From: Myxococcota bacterium
Lineage (GTDB): Bacteria; Myxococcota; XYA12-FULL-58-9; JABJBS01
DNA: 42,012 nt
Direction: 5' to 3'
Assembly (NCBI GenBank): GCA_036339465.1
Contig: JAYZAY010000038.1
Span: 1-42,012 of the forward strand
The notes below the pieces were generated by a model. That model had not been told where the DNA came from. It ran no database searches and saw only the letters and a program-made list of their open reading frames with translations. Shown one piece after another: positions 1 to 10,078 of this stretch (the stretch's first letter is position 1; each line of letters starts with the position of its first letter). A program made the position numbers and the translations under genes.

Positions 1-1207
1 ACTCTCCAGACTTGGACAATATTCGCTGCCGAGTTGTCTCCAATCTTCCCTTACCACCAAATTGAAACGACCGAAGCTGATTCATTATCCGATAAGCAAC
101 GCCCGGCTCATAAAGCTGCACAGACGTAAGCTCAGCAATAACCTCGCTTGCCGAATACTCAAGAATGGTTTCGGCCGCACGGTTGAAGAGAATGATACGG
201 CCCTTAGTGTCTGAGGCAACAATGGCATCAACACTGTTTTCGATCACATTTTCCAGGAAATCCTTCGTCTTTCGAAAATCTTCATCCATGAGTCGCACGT
301 GGGTGACGTCGCGAAAACCAATCATCCAGACCCCCTGAGGGTCAAAAACCCGCGCCGTAGCTGAGAGGATCCGCTGATTCGCTTGGACATGTAAATCAAA
401 ATATTCAGCACTTGATGCCTCTATTTTCCCACTCAGTAGCTGAAACAGGAAATCACGACTCCCCGACTCAAGAAGAGCCATCATCTTAATACTTTCAGAG
501 TCTTCTTTTTCTAGAGAGAGCATTCCTTCAGCACTGCTATTTGCGTATCGGATCCAGCCACTGGAATCAGTCACCACAAATCCATCCCTGGCTAAGTCAA
601 AAAACTCAGCGAATTGTTTCAACGTCTCAATTTCAACCAAGTCCTTTTGATGCTGGGCCCTTAAGAAATTCGCTTCTTCCAACAACAAGTCTTTTTCAAG
701 AGTATGAGAGATAGCAGTCGCAATGCATGTTGCGAGCAATCGTCCAAAATTGATGGCCTCATGTGAATCATCGAGGGAATGGTCGTCGCTTCTAAGGACA
801 AGCGCACCAAATAGGGAATCATCAAACCTAAGCGGTAGCAAAAGGACAGACTTACCAGGAGAAGAAGCAGTTCTCAATTTATCTAAAACTCTTGCTAACC
901 TTGGGTCTGAAAACACGTCTCGGATGAATACAGGTTCCCGTGTTTCATGTAGTTCGCGGAGCTCAGGGTAGTCTTCTGCGCTAATTTCGTAGTGTTGGAT
1001 ATCACCATCAACATCGGCAACCACATGGGCCTTCACGTCATCGGGTCTCGAAATAACAAGACTGGCCCGTGGCAATTCGAAGATTTGCTTCAACCCCATA
1101 ACCGCTCGGCGAATCACGCCTTGAGAGCTTTTCTCTTGGACAAGCGCCCTAAGAAAGAGAATCATCTTAAGATTCTCATTGGTTTCCGCCCCACTAGAGC
1201 TATCCAT
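1..1207 (-). CDS. GAF-PAS-PAS sensor protein, probably a histidine kinase; 3' end lies beyond the left window edge
   Basis: Absent from the ORF track because there is no stop in the window. ATG at 1207 is preceded by AGGAG. Manual translation gives MDSSSGAETNENLKMILFLRAL...YPELRELHETREPVFIRDVFSDPRL...SVLLLPLRFDDSLFGALVLRS (GAF-like) and later KTKDFLENVIENSVDAIVASDTKGRIILFNRAAETILEYSASEVI (PAS). The kinase domain is inferred, not seen. Confidence 0.85.
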   Translation of the reverse strand, partial: MDSSSGAETNENLKMILFLRALVQEKSSQGVIRRAVMGLKQIFELPRASLVISRPDDVKAHVVADVDGDIQHYEISAEDYPELRELHETREPVFIRDVFSDPRLARVLDKLRTASSPGKSVLLLPLRFDDSLFGALVLRSDDHSLDDSHEAINFGRLLATCIATAISHTLEKDLLLEEANFLRAQHQKDLVEIETLKQFAEFFDLARDGFVVTDSSGWIRYANSSAEGMLSLEKEDSESIKMMALLESGSRDFLFQLLSGKIEASSAEYFDLHVQANQRILSATARVFDPQGVWMIGFRDVTHVRLMDEDFRKTKDFLENVIENSVDAIVASDTKGRIILFNRAAETILEYSASEVIAELTSVQLYEPGVAYRIMNQLRSFQFGGKGRLETTRQRILSKSGE

Positions 1208-1258
1208 GCCAACACACTCCTAAACCCATGTAATTATTCATTCCTGCGCTTATTTTCT

Positions 1259-2287
1259 CTATGGCGTTGGGTTCCAAAAATGTTCAAACCCCGCCTCGAG
1301 CACATCCCGACTCCCGTCACCTTTGACTATTGTGAACTCACTTTCTCCACAAACCTCCCCAATGCGAGTCCAGGAAATCCCAAGTTTCTCAACCATTAAT
1401 TTTAACTGATTTTCAAATTGGGGATCTAGCACTGCGAGAATCTCAAAATCCTCCCCACCATAAAGAGCGAGCGAATCCTTCGTCGTTCCAGCCATGGCAG
1501 AAAATTCATCGAGTAACGATGACATCGGCAACTCTGACAAAAAAACATCGGCACCACATCCTGGAGAGACGACATGTCTTATATCCGTTCCAATACCATC
1601 AGAAATATCCACAGCACCACCAACAAAATGGGCAAAGCTAAGAAGTTTTCCCAATTCAAGACGAGGAACGGGTCTCAATTGTCGATCAATCAATTCACGG
1701 GGAAGCGATTCCTGCGCAGCGCGAACTCCGGGTGCCCCCATGGAAGCCTTTTCAAGCAGTCGCCAACCAAGTGCTGCCGCGCCAAGCTGCCCAGAAACCC
1801 AAATGCTATCACCTGTTTTCCCCCTGTAGCGCTTAAGTGGTTTACCAGAACTCAAGATCTTACCGATAGCGGTAATCGAAACAGTCATGGGCCCACTGGT
1901 TTGGCTTAGGTCCCCGCCCAAAATCACCCCACCATGGCAGGCCAAACACGCATTGATACCCTCGTAGAATTCGTCAACCTCCTCTACCCTGGTATCCCTT
2001 GAAAGAGCCAGTCCAATCACTATCCCAACAGGCTCTGCGCCCATGGCGGCCAAATCCGATAAATTGACTGCCACCGCTTTCCAACCAACATCGGCCCAAG
2101 TAGCCCAGCTGAATGAAAAATCTTGTCCCTCAACCAAGACATCACAGGAAACAACCACCGGCGATTCTCCAACCGAAAAAACTGCCCCATCGTCACCAGG
2201 CCCAATGGACACGTTCGACGGCATCCTTCCCAATGGCTGAACAATACGACTCAAAAGTTGATGCTCGCCTAGGTCTCTTAACTTCAT
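1259..2287 (-). CDS. thiL: thiamine-monophosphate kinase
   Basis: Motifs LGEHQLL, GPGDDGAV, DVLVEGQDF, GWKAVAVNLSDLAAMGA, GGDLS, DISDG, GGEDFE and GFEHF. Start placed at ATG 2287 (MKLRDLGE) rather than the track's 2311. Confidence 0.95.
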   Translation of the reverse strand: MKLRDLGEHQLLSRIVQPLGRMPSNVSIGPGDDGAVFSVGESPVVVSCDVLVEGQDFSFSWATWADVGWKAVAVNLSDLAAMGAEPVGIVIGLALSRDTRVEEVDEFYEGINACLACHGGVILGGDLSQTSGPMTVSITAIGKILSSGKPLKRYRGKTGDSIWVSGQLGAAALGWRLLEKASMGAPGVRAAQESLPRELIDRQLRPVPRLELGKLLSFAHFVGGAVDISDGIGTDIRHVVSPGCGADVFLSELPMSSLLDEFSAMAGTTKDSLALYGGEDFEILAVLDPQFENQLKLMVEKLGISWTRIGEVCGESEFTIVKGDGSRDVLEAGFEHFWNPTP

Positions 2288-2387
2288 CCTACCCCAGCCT
2301 ACCTCTCTCAATAATTACCCAAGATATCCATGAATTCTCCTTGGCGGATCGTTTTTCTCACTTTATGGTCAAATAAGAAAGCACCAG

Positions 2388-2409
2388 TCGTTATACGAAG
2401 ATATAACGA
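2388..2409. promoter_or_regulatory. perfect 8-bp inverted repeat, operator-like, in the divergent thiL/lipoprotein intergenic region
   Basis: TCGTTATA-cgaaga-TATAACGA. Confidence 0.45.
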
Positions 2410-2465
2410 AAAGATAAGGGATGAGTTAAACTATATTTATATGAATTTAGGGAGGCGAGTAGCCC

Positions 2466-4370
2466 ATGGGCTTAAACACCACTTATAGATCACCGTTCAA
2501 TAAGTTCGTTTTTCTCGTCGGGTTGAGTGCTCTGGCTGGCTGCAGCCAGGATACCCTTCAAGCTGAAACCGCGGAAATTCTTGTTGTTCCCATTCTCGGC
2601 CCCAACCAGACTGAATTAGTATCTCCCAGTCCCGTAGGTATCGATCTTGGTCGCATCCCCCTCTACAGCCTCAACGAAGCCGTTTTCGAGATCAGAAATG
2701 TAGGCACGGCCAATCTGAACATTGATTCGGTCGAGGTCGAATCGGTTCAAGGTGGAGAAATCATCATCGTTACTCGGCCAGACAAACTGACAGTTCAAAC
2801 TGTGGGGCAGATGAAACTCCATGCAACTCCCCACAAAGAAGACGTCCCATTCACCGCGACCATCGCCATGGAAACAAATGCGGGACTCACCAAATCGTTG
2901 AAGGTGAACCTTAGGATAACCGGCGAAGGCTATTTCGTCGGAGAACCGCACCTCGAAGTAGAATATTCCGGCGTCACTTATCCCTTAAATACAGAATGTG
3001 TTGCCAACAGTTCTGGCCAAAAAGTTTGTAACCTTTCACCTCTCGGTTTTGGTAATATTCCTATCAACCGGTCAGGCACTCAAAAGGTCAAATTACGAAA
3101 CAACCCAACCATGGGTACTTGTCTACTCCCACCTAAAGAAGATGGTTCCATCGACTGCACCCCCGTTTGCGTCACAACTTTGGCCCCATCTCCCGAGCTC
3201 GACAACTTAGGGGTTGGCTTTATTCCTGCGAACGAGGGCTTCTCCCTAGTGGGCTCAAGTAACCTGCCAATTTATCTTGCTCCCAGACTCATTGGCTGTG
3301 AATCAGAAGGTAATTTATTCCGAGGACAGCTAGAACTCTTGGTCAATTTCGAAGGTGGTACCGTTGAACGCACTGCAAACTCTACCATGGTACTCGAAAC
3401 CGATGCCCCCAATGCAAATCAGGTCCGTATCCCACTACAAGCGGATATTCGGAAAACACCCGTGGCTGTTGCCAAGCGACGAGACTGCCAAGGAGATATT
3501 ACAACCCAGTGCAATGAAAACGAAGCGCTACACCCGCTGGAAAACGTGTTTTTGGATGGCAGCGAAAGCTACGACCCCAAAGCCCCAGACAACCCAGACG
3601 CCATCATCAAGTACCGCTGGGAAATTCTCGATGCGCCACCCGGCGCAGATAGTAGTCTATTTAGTGAGATTGGAACCAACGACAAAATATTTTCGTTCTT
3701 CCTCCCGCTTGCGGGCGAATACACAATTCGACTGCACGTAACCAACGCAGCATCCATCGAAAGCGGGGTTAGCGATACTTCAGACGTCACCATCACAGCG
3801 ATCCCTGAAAGCCGGTTGCATATTCAGCTTGTCTGGGACCACCCATTAACCGACCAGGATTTACATCTCGTCTATGCTGATTTGAACAGTGATAGCGGCC
3901 CCTACCACAGCGAATGGGACTGTTACTGGAACTCCTGTCGTACCAGCTGCCCACAGCAAGCCAACTGCAACCCAACCCACTGGTTCGATGCATCCGAAGT
4001 CATGGCCGGTCCCAACCCCAGACTCGACATCGATGATCAAGAAGGCCTTGGTCCTGAAAACATCAATATTGATGAACCACAAAACGGAAATTACGATATT
4101 TATGTGCATCATTACGCAATTGGTAGTGGTGAAGAGTCGCCATCTACCCTGACAACGGTTAGAATATACGGAGATGGCGTTGTACGTGGAGAATTCCGGC
4201 GCGTATTGGAAAAAAACGATCTTTGGGCAGTAGGCCGCCTCACTTGGACAAATGATGGTTTATCAGTCAAAACGGCCCGTTCTGACGGGGAAAACGTGGT
4301 TGGAACGAAGAAAAAAGTTGAATTTCTCCCAAGTGACGGCACCGGTGTTACTTTTGGTGACATTTTTTGA
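2466..4370 (+). CDS. surface lipoprotein: Ig-like (ASH/choice-of-anchor-D-like) domains, a PKD-like domain and a C-terminal YfaP/DUF2135-like domain
   Basis: GGAGG RBS; lipobox LAGC; FEIRNVGTANLNI (ASH-like); LDGSESYDP...YRWEILDAP...GEYTIRLHV (PKD-like); LHIQLVWDHPLTDQDLHL...PRLDIDDQEGLGPENINI (YfaP-like). Confidence 0.75.
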   Translation: MGLNTTYRSPFNKFVFLVGLSALAGCSQDTLQAETAEILVVPILGPNQTELVSPSPVGIDLGRIPLYSLNEAVFEIRNVGTANLNIDSVEVESVQGGEIIIVTRPDKLTVQTVGQMKLHATPHKEDVPFTATIAMETNAGLTKSLKVNLRITGEGYFVGEPHLEVEYSGVTYPLNTECVANSSGQKVCNLSPLGFGNIPINRSGTQKVKLRNNPTMGTCLLPPKEDGSIDCTPVCVTTLAPSPELDNLGVGFIPANEGFSLVGSSNLPIYLAPRLIGCESEGNLFRGQLELLVNFEGGTVERTANSTMVLETDAPNANQVRIPLQADIRKTPVAVAKRRDCQGDITTQCNENEALHPLENVFLDGSESYDPKAPDNPDAIIKYRWEILDAPPGADSSLFSEIGTNDKIFSFFLPLAGEYTIRLHVTNAASIESGVSDTSDVTITAIPESRLHIQLVWDHPLTDQDLHLVYADLNSDSGPYHSEWDCYWNSCRTSCPQQANCNPTHWFDASEVMAGPNPRLDIDDQEGLGPENINIDEPQNGNYDIYVHHYAIGSGEESPSTLTTVRIYGDGVVRGEFRRVLEKNDLWAVGRLTWTNDGLSVKTARSDGENVVGTKKKVEFLPSDGTGVTFGDIF

Positions 4371-4408
4371 ATTTTCATAATTGCGAACTTTGAATTGCTC
4401 GGCTAGGA

Positions 4409-4453
4409 TCCGCGAACGTGTAGGGGGTGCACGTCTATTTCCCTACACGCGGA
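4409..4453 (+). promoter_or_regulatory. intergenic stem-loop whose base reaches into the RBS of the next gene
   Basis: CGTGTAGGG (4417-4425) pairs with CCCTACACG (4441-4449). TCCG (4409-4412) can pair with CGGA (4450-4453), which overlaps the GGAGG Shine-Dalgarno. Confidence 0.5.
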
Positions 4454-4463
4454 GGAACACAGT

Positions 4464-6443
4464 ATGAAATCGATTTTGCGGCTCAATACGCCTCTTTTAC
4501 TAGGCCTGGCTCTTCTTTTCTCTTCTGCTTGCGCAAAAGATAGCTTCACCTTGGATACCGGTAAACCGACCATCGGCGCCTGGTATGAAGGCGAATCATC
4601 CCCCTATGACGAGGTTATTACCTCAGACACGACCACCATTGATGGAGAAGTTGAAGGATGTGGCGAGATTAGTACGCAAATCAATTTAGGAGATGTACCG
4701 GTTTACGGAAGTAAAACCGCGGTCTTCGAACTGGCCAATCAAGGGGACCGAAGTTTGCTCGTCAACAGTGCCAACTATGATTCCATCGAAGCCCATGGAG
4801 ACAACGATTGGGGACAAATCCTCTGGCGTGAAAATGCCTCAGACAACCAACTCAGTAAATTTCCCGTAACCGTACCCGCTAGAAGTACGCGCTTGATCTT
4901 GGTTCCATTCGCTCCATCCAATCTGGGAAGCGCTAGGAGCTTGGTCAAGATTGCAACCAACGGAAATCCACGAAATGTCTGTGTTGAGGTTATTGCCAAT
5001 GGTATTTACCAAGGTGAGCCTGAAATTGAAATTGAGTACAATGGTCTAGCGGTACCCTCATTGGACAGCTGCACCGACGGCAAGTGCGTGGTTCAAAGTG
5101 ATAAGGCCCTCAACTTCGGTAACGTCGGCCTAGAAATGACCTCCACCCTTTCCATTAAACTCAGAAACAAAGCAGCATGTGCCGCATTCCCAAATCTAGA
5201 CCCATGTTTGGCATGCAATCTCATCGTCGATGAAAACGCCAACGACGGGTATAGTGTGGGTCTTGGTTTTAAGCCAGGTACCAACGATAACGGGTATTTT
5301 AAGTTTGCCACCTCCACTGCAACACCCTTCAATGTCCAACAACCCAATCCGGAATGTCAGCGTGGCTCCGGTGAGCTGGTTTTTCCAATCGAAGTAACCG
5401 CGCCAGCCACAGAACAACTCCTAGAAACAGTGATCGTCATTGAATCCAATGATCCCGACGAAAAGGTCATTGAAATTCCCGTCAGAGCCAACGCCAAAAA
5501 TGCACCTATCGCTATCGCGAGGCCCAGGATTTGCGGTGAAACCGTCAATGACACCGAGGGCCCAATGTCGAGTATCTGTGGTGATGAGCCCGTTGAGCCT
5601 CTTACCATCGCCTTTTTTGATGCAACGAATTCCTATGACCCAAATGGTGAAGAAATCACCTCCTATGATTGGGAAATCGTGGCAGGACCAGACGGCGTCA
5701 ACCCTGCCGACTACGACGAAACACCTCTTGATAGCGGGAAAAAGTTTGCTTTCTACATACCTTTGGCTGGCACCTATACGATTCGCCTCACAGTTAAAAA
5801 CGAATCTGGTGTCACAAGCGGTGATACCGAAGATGCGCGGGTAACCTTCCAGGCTGTTCCCGGTAGTATGCTTCATATTCAGGTTGTTTGGGACCACCCA
5901 ACCAATGACCAGGACTTGCACGTGACCCACTTGTCGGCCAATGGTGGAAACGACAGTTTCTTTAGCACTCAATACGATTGCTACTGGCAAGAAAAGAAAC
6001 CCGTCTGGTTTAGTACACACCCTTCTGGCGAAGGTCCCAATCCACGACTCGACGTGGATGACCGCGACGGCTCGGGGCCCGAAAACGTCAACATCGATCG
6101 CCCCAATCCCGGCATATACCGGACCTTCGTTCACTACTTCCCAGAAAGTGGTTGGGACTTTAACTCAGGTGCCAGTGACCCAACAATTCAGACCGTTAAA
6201 ATCTACCTCGCAGGCATTCTCGCCTTTAGCAAACAACGAACCCTCACCCAGGAAAAACAAGTGTGGGCTGTAGCTGACGTCACTTGGTATGCGGGAGCCA
6301 CCGAAGAAGATCCAGGTTACGGCACCGTGACTCAATTTCCGGCGTCACGGGACAATCCTAGTGAAATCGGACAAATTGCAATTATGGATAATACTGCTTC
6401 GGAATGCCGTACAGTCATGGGGTGCGACTTTCCCGAGAACTAG
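4464..6443 (+). CDS. surface lipoprotein, tandem paralog of 2466..4370 (Ig-like, PKD-like, YfaP/DUF2135-like domains)
   Basis: GGAGG RBS; lipobox FSSAC; same domain order and shared motifs (LHIQVVWDHPTNDQDLH, DCYW, GPNPRLDVDDRDGSGPENVNID). Confidence 0.75.
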   Translation: MKSILRLNTPLLLGLALLFSSACAKDSFTLDTGKPTIGAWYEGESSPYDEVITSDTTTIDGEVEGCGEISTQINLGDVPVYGSKTAVFELANQGDRSLLVNSANYDSIEAHGDNDWGQILWRENASDNQLSKFPVTVPARSTRLILVPFAPSNLGSARSLVKIATNGNPRNVCVEVIANGIYQGEPEIEIEYNGLAVPSLDSCTDGKCVVQSDKALNFGNVGLEMTSTLSIKLRNKAACAAFPNLDPCLACNLIVDENANDGYSVGLGFKPGTNDNGYFKFATSTATPFNVQQPNPECQRGSGELVFPIEVTAPATEQLLETVIVIESNDPDEKVIEIPVRANAKNAPIAIARPRICGETVNDTEGPMSSICGDEPVEPLTIAFFDATNSYDPNGEEITSYDWEIVAGPDGVNPADYDETPLDSGKKFAFYIPLAGTYTIRLTVKNESGVTSGDTEDARVTFQAVPGSMLHIQVVWDHPTNDQDLHVTHLSANGGNDSFFSTQYDCYWQEKKPVWFSTHPSGEGPNPRLDVDDRDGSGPENVNIDRPNPGIYRTFVHYFPESGWDFNSGASDPTIQTVKIYLAGILAFSKQRTLTQEKQVWAVADVTWYAGATEEDPGYGTVTQFPASRDNPSEIGQIAIMDNTASECRTVMGCDFPEN

Positions 6444-6561
6444 ACCCCTACAACTTATCTACGGGCAAAATCCCTCGGTTTCAATTCTGTTTTTTCTTCC
6501 GCTCCTTATTCACCCCGCCCAAATCAGCTTACCCTAGCGCCAAATGTCTTTGCGCATCATG

Positions 6562-6756
6562 GCAGATGTCGTTAGAGTCCATTGGGAATCGGTATTACAC
6601 GAGATGAGATGCGGGGAATTTAGGTGGAGCCATAAGCATCAAACGCTACGCACTGGCATTGAAGCTTATTCATCCAATGGCCTCACCACCTAGACAACGA
6701 AATAAACGCAACTCTGAATCGTACTCTACTAAAGAAGGGTATTATGACAAATCTGC
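6562..6756. ncRNA. candidate structured RNA: long rod-like fold-back (5' leader or sRNA)
   Basis: Nested complementary pairs: GCAGAT/ATCTGC, TGTCGT/ATGACA, ACGA/TCGT, GAGATGCG/CGCAACTC, TAGGTGG/CCACCTA, ATAAGC-TCAA/TTGA-GCTTAT, GCTA/TGGC. Confidence 0.4.
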
Positions 6757-9700
6757 GTCAACAACTCCTATTTCTAGGTTTGCTCCTCATGGTCACCAGC
6801 ACAATAATAGGCTGCACCAAACGCACCAACAAAAACCAAAACCTTGAATGCCAAACAGACATGGACTGTAGCGCAGCCAATGACCCTTATTGCGACTCAG
6901 AAAACAAGTGCGTCGCCTGTGATGAACCAGCCCACTGCCCTTGCCACGAGGCTTGCGTCGAAGGGTCCTGCAATCCTCTTGGCGCCCTGACTCTGAGCTC
7001 GAGTCTCAACAGCCACGGAAATTGGCTGGGAAGTCCAGGAAGCGACAGCTACACGTTCGATGGGCTTTGCACCTCTAACGACGATTGTTCCCTTGGTCAA
7101 ATCTGCAACCCCCTAACAGCCGGATGCATTGGCGCGTCTATTTTTTCAACAGAGTGCCAAACAGATCTAGATTGTCCATCGGGACCCAATGGAGAAATCC
7201 TCGTTTGCGAACCAGCTAGCGCCAAGTGTATGCCCGCTGCACGATGCCTTGATATCACAAACTGCTGTGGCGTAGATAATTTTAGGTGTGATGCGAGTAG
7301 CCAAACCTGTCGTCCACAACAATCCGAGTGTATTCCCCCCGCACCCCCCACAAGTACATGCCCATTCGAACCTAAACAAGACGAAGAATGCCCAACTGGA
7401 TATTTTTGTTCTCCCCTTGGAGAATGTGTTCAATGTACATGTAACGACGATTGTAGCCCTGGGCAAAAATGTTTCGCTCCGACTCGTTCTTGTAGGGACT
7501 TGAACTACTGTGAATCCACCAATGATTGTCCGAAAATAGACGAAGCATGCGATCTACAGGCACATGAATGTAGTCCATACTGTGACGCAAACAACGAAGC
7601 AGAGGTTTGCCCCAGCGACAAATACTGTAAATTGAGCGAGCATGTCTGTAGGCCTAGGGCCGAGCTTCCCTGTGAAGAGGACACCTACGCGCCCAACCAC
7701 TCATCCGCATCGGCCTTCACCATTGCCACTCCCGAAGTAGGACACAGTAGGCGGATCAGTAATCTATCACTTTGCGACGACAGCCCAGACTGGTTCAAAT
7801 TTACCCTCGCCACAGGCCAAACCCTCTATGTCAGTCTAACCGCAGGGCCAGACCTCCGAGCCATCTATGAGATCATCGCTCAAGATACGACAACCACTTT
7901 GGTCAAGGCCAATGTTGGAATCACCAGCCAGGTACTAAACTTCACCGCCGGCCAATCAGGAACTTACTACCTTAGAATTTCCCCTGTAGACCGAACGACC
8001 GGCAATTATGCTCTAACACTCAATCTAGAAATGACCACCAATGTCTGTGAGGATCCTCTTGAGGAAAGTGTCCAAGATAATACCCCCTCAACTGCCCGGA
8101 TATTGTTTGAAGACGGACAACTCGCGCCTCCAGACGGTTGCACCCCCGAAACAACCGCGAACGGCGTATCCATTACTTGCCCCGCATCCCAGCTAAAACT
8201 TTGCCAATCCGATGTCGACTATTATGCGTATAAGCTGTCATCAGGAGCCAATTGGAAAATTGAAGCAAGTGATTTTTCAACAAACCTTGCCTTGAAAATT
8301 TTTGGCCCCTTCACCAGCTTAAGCGATTATTCAGACAACCTAGTCCTCGCACAAGAGACAACGTCAAGCCCCACAAAAGTTCTTGTGGGTAGCTTTCGCA
8401 ATCCTGGTTGGGCGGTCTTGCGGGTGTCTAGAGTAGGAAATGCAGAAACAAACTACCGACTCAAAATGACGGTCGATGAACCCATGCCCGCATGCCAAGA
8501 AGACCTCGCCGATGGGCCAGTTGCATGGGACCACAACAGTCTGACAATCAGTGATTCTGCCGGAATTAACGACGTGGCAGCTCAAGCCACAGAACTCGGC
8601 TTGGAATTGGGACAAATAAGCATCGATGGACGTTTATGTAATTCAGACCACGATTGGTACAAACTCAAAAAGGAACAAGATGGAACCCTTCAGCCATTGC
8701 CGGCCAATCATCGAATTAAAATATCCGTGAGTAGTCCAGCTCCTTCAAAGTTAATCCTGGAATTAGGACCATCAGCCCAAGAACTTACGGCCCATAATCT
8801 AGAAGAAGGCTTTGAGCTACTCGAAAGTACCGCGAGTCTCGAATCTATGTTCCTACGAATTCGTCAAACAGAAGCATCTACCACAGATCTCACCTACACG
8901 ATTACCCTTGAGCTAATCGCCCCACCCAGCTGCACAGCAAATCCAAACTTAACTCAGGCAGATGCAATCCGGCTAGACGCTGGCGCTAACGGACTCGATT
9001 TCCCATACACCCTATGTGAAGACGAAGAACTTTGGTTTCATTTTGAATTGAATCCCACTGATAAACAAAATCTTCTGGCTATCACCCACCAGGAAAATGG
9101 GGAAAGCGGTGGCATCTCCCTCGAAATGCGGAGCCCAATCGGAACGACCAATAGCACCTTGCTAACGGATTCGAGTTCGTTTCCTAAAAGCGCCACTCAA
9201 CTGGTCCAGGGTAGTAGGAACTCAAGCAAACAATATTTGCGCGTCGTTAATTCAAAACACTGGCCCACTGAATTTAGGATTTATACTCAACTCTTACCAG
9301 ACCCTCTCAACGCACCCGGCACCATATGTACAGACGACAACTTTGAACCGAATTCAGAACAATCCCCTCGCCCCCTAAGCCTAACGCGTCATGACAAGAA
9401 GGATCGTGCATTTTACCCTGCTCTAAGTATGTGCCAATATGACGAGGATGTTTTTGTCACGACACTTTTCCAAGGTGACAAACTTACCGCTTCCGCCCTT
9501 TACCTGGACGAGCAAATCAACTTGCGACTTTTGTTGCTCGACAATTCCACAGGCGCAGAACTCGGTACCACTTCCGGAGACCCCGGATGGACCTCCATAA
9601 ACCACGAAATCACAAATTTCCAACAAACCAAGACGGTATTACTGAAGCTCCTACAAGAAGGTGACCGAGAATCCGCACGCTATGCCCTAGAAGTTGATAT

Positions 9701-10049
9701 AGAACGCAGCTGTACCGACGACCAATACGAAGTACCCAACGATGCGTATCCGTATTCGTTAGAAGCTCTGACGACAATTCAAGCAATCCTCTGCGCTGAC
9801 GAGGACCGCTTCGAAAAGACCCTTACAGCAGGGCAATGGACTGTGGATCTCCACTTCCTCCACGATTACGGAGACATTGACCTTGAAATTAGAGACGCCA
9901 CAAATACGCTCCTTGGTACGAGTCGAACCAAAGAAAACCAAGAAACCGTGATACTGAACTTGCCCTCAGAAACGACCATCGTTATCTCGGTTAAATTGGA
10001 CGACAACCCCGTCAGAACAAGCTATACACTCTCTATCACCGGTCAGTGA
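6744..10049 (+). CDS. large Cys-rich lipoprotein with six PPC (pre-peptidase C-terminal)-like repeats
   Basis: Lipobox TIIGC; the first ~300 aa carry CxxDxDC-type Cys-rich repeats. Six repeats of the form C-x-(E/D)D...LC-x-x-D-x-D(W/Y)(F/Y) follow (LCDDSPDWF, LCQSDVDYY, LCNSDHDWY, LCEDEELWF, MCQYDEDVF, LCADEDRF). Confidence 0.75.
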   Translation: MTNLRQQLLFLGLLLMVTSTIIGCTKRTNKNQNLECQTDMDCSAANDPYCDSENKCVACDEPAHCPCHEACVEGSCNPLGALTLSSSLNSHGNWLGSPGSDSYTFDGLCTSNDDCSLGQICNPLTAGCIGASIFSTECQTDLDCPSGPNGEILVCEPASAKCMPAARCLDITNCCGVDNFRCDASSQTCRPQQSECIPPAPPTSTCPFEPKQDEECPTGYFCSPLGECVQCTCNDDCSPGQKCFAPTRSCRDLNYCESTNDCPKIDEACDLQAHECSPYCDANNEAEVCPSDKYCKLSEHVCRPRAELPCEEDTYAPNHSSASAFTIATPEVGHSRRISNLSLCDDSPDWFKFTLATGQTLYVSLTAGPDLRAIYEIIAQDTTTTLVKANVGITSQVLNFTAGQSGTYYLRISPVDRTTGNYALTLNLEMTTNVCEDPLEESVQDNTPSTARILFEDGQLAPPDGCTPETTANGVSITCPASQLKLCQSDVDYYAYKLSSGANWKIEASDFSTNLALKIFGPFTSLSDYSDNLVLAQETTSSPTKVLVGSFRNPGWAVLRVSRVGNAETNYRLKMTVDEPMPACQEDLADGPVAWDHNSLTISDSAGINDVAAQATELGLELGQISIDGRLCNSDHDWYKLKKEQDGTLQPLPANHRIKISVSSPAPSKLILELGPSAQELTAHNLEEGFELLESTASLESMFLRIRQTEASTTDLTYTITLELIAPPSCTANPNLTQADAIRLDAGANGLDFPYTLCEDEELWFHFELNPTDKQNLLAITHQENGESGGISLEMRSPIGTTNSTLLTDSSSFPKSATQLVQGSRNSSKQYLRVVNSKHWPTEFRIYTQLLPDPLNAPGTICTDDNFEPNSEQSPRPLSLTRHDKKDRAFYPALSMCQYDEDVFVTTLFQGDKLTASALYLDEQINLRLLLLDNSTGAELGTTSGDPGWTSINHEITNFQQTKTVLLKLLQEGDRESARYALEVDIERSCTDDQYEVPNDAYPYSLEALTTIQAILCADEDRFEKTLTAGQWTVDLHFLHDYGDIDLEIRDATNTLLGTSRTKENQETVILNLPSETTIVISVKLDDNPVRTSYTLSITGQ

Positions 10050-10078
10050 GAAATTGATTTCCCTAGGCTCTCTAGAGT

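Noticed and set aside
2288..2465. TPP riboswitch upstream of thiL
   Set aside because: No GCTGAGA or CCTGAxCxGGxTAATxCC core found on the - strand.
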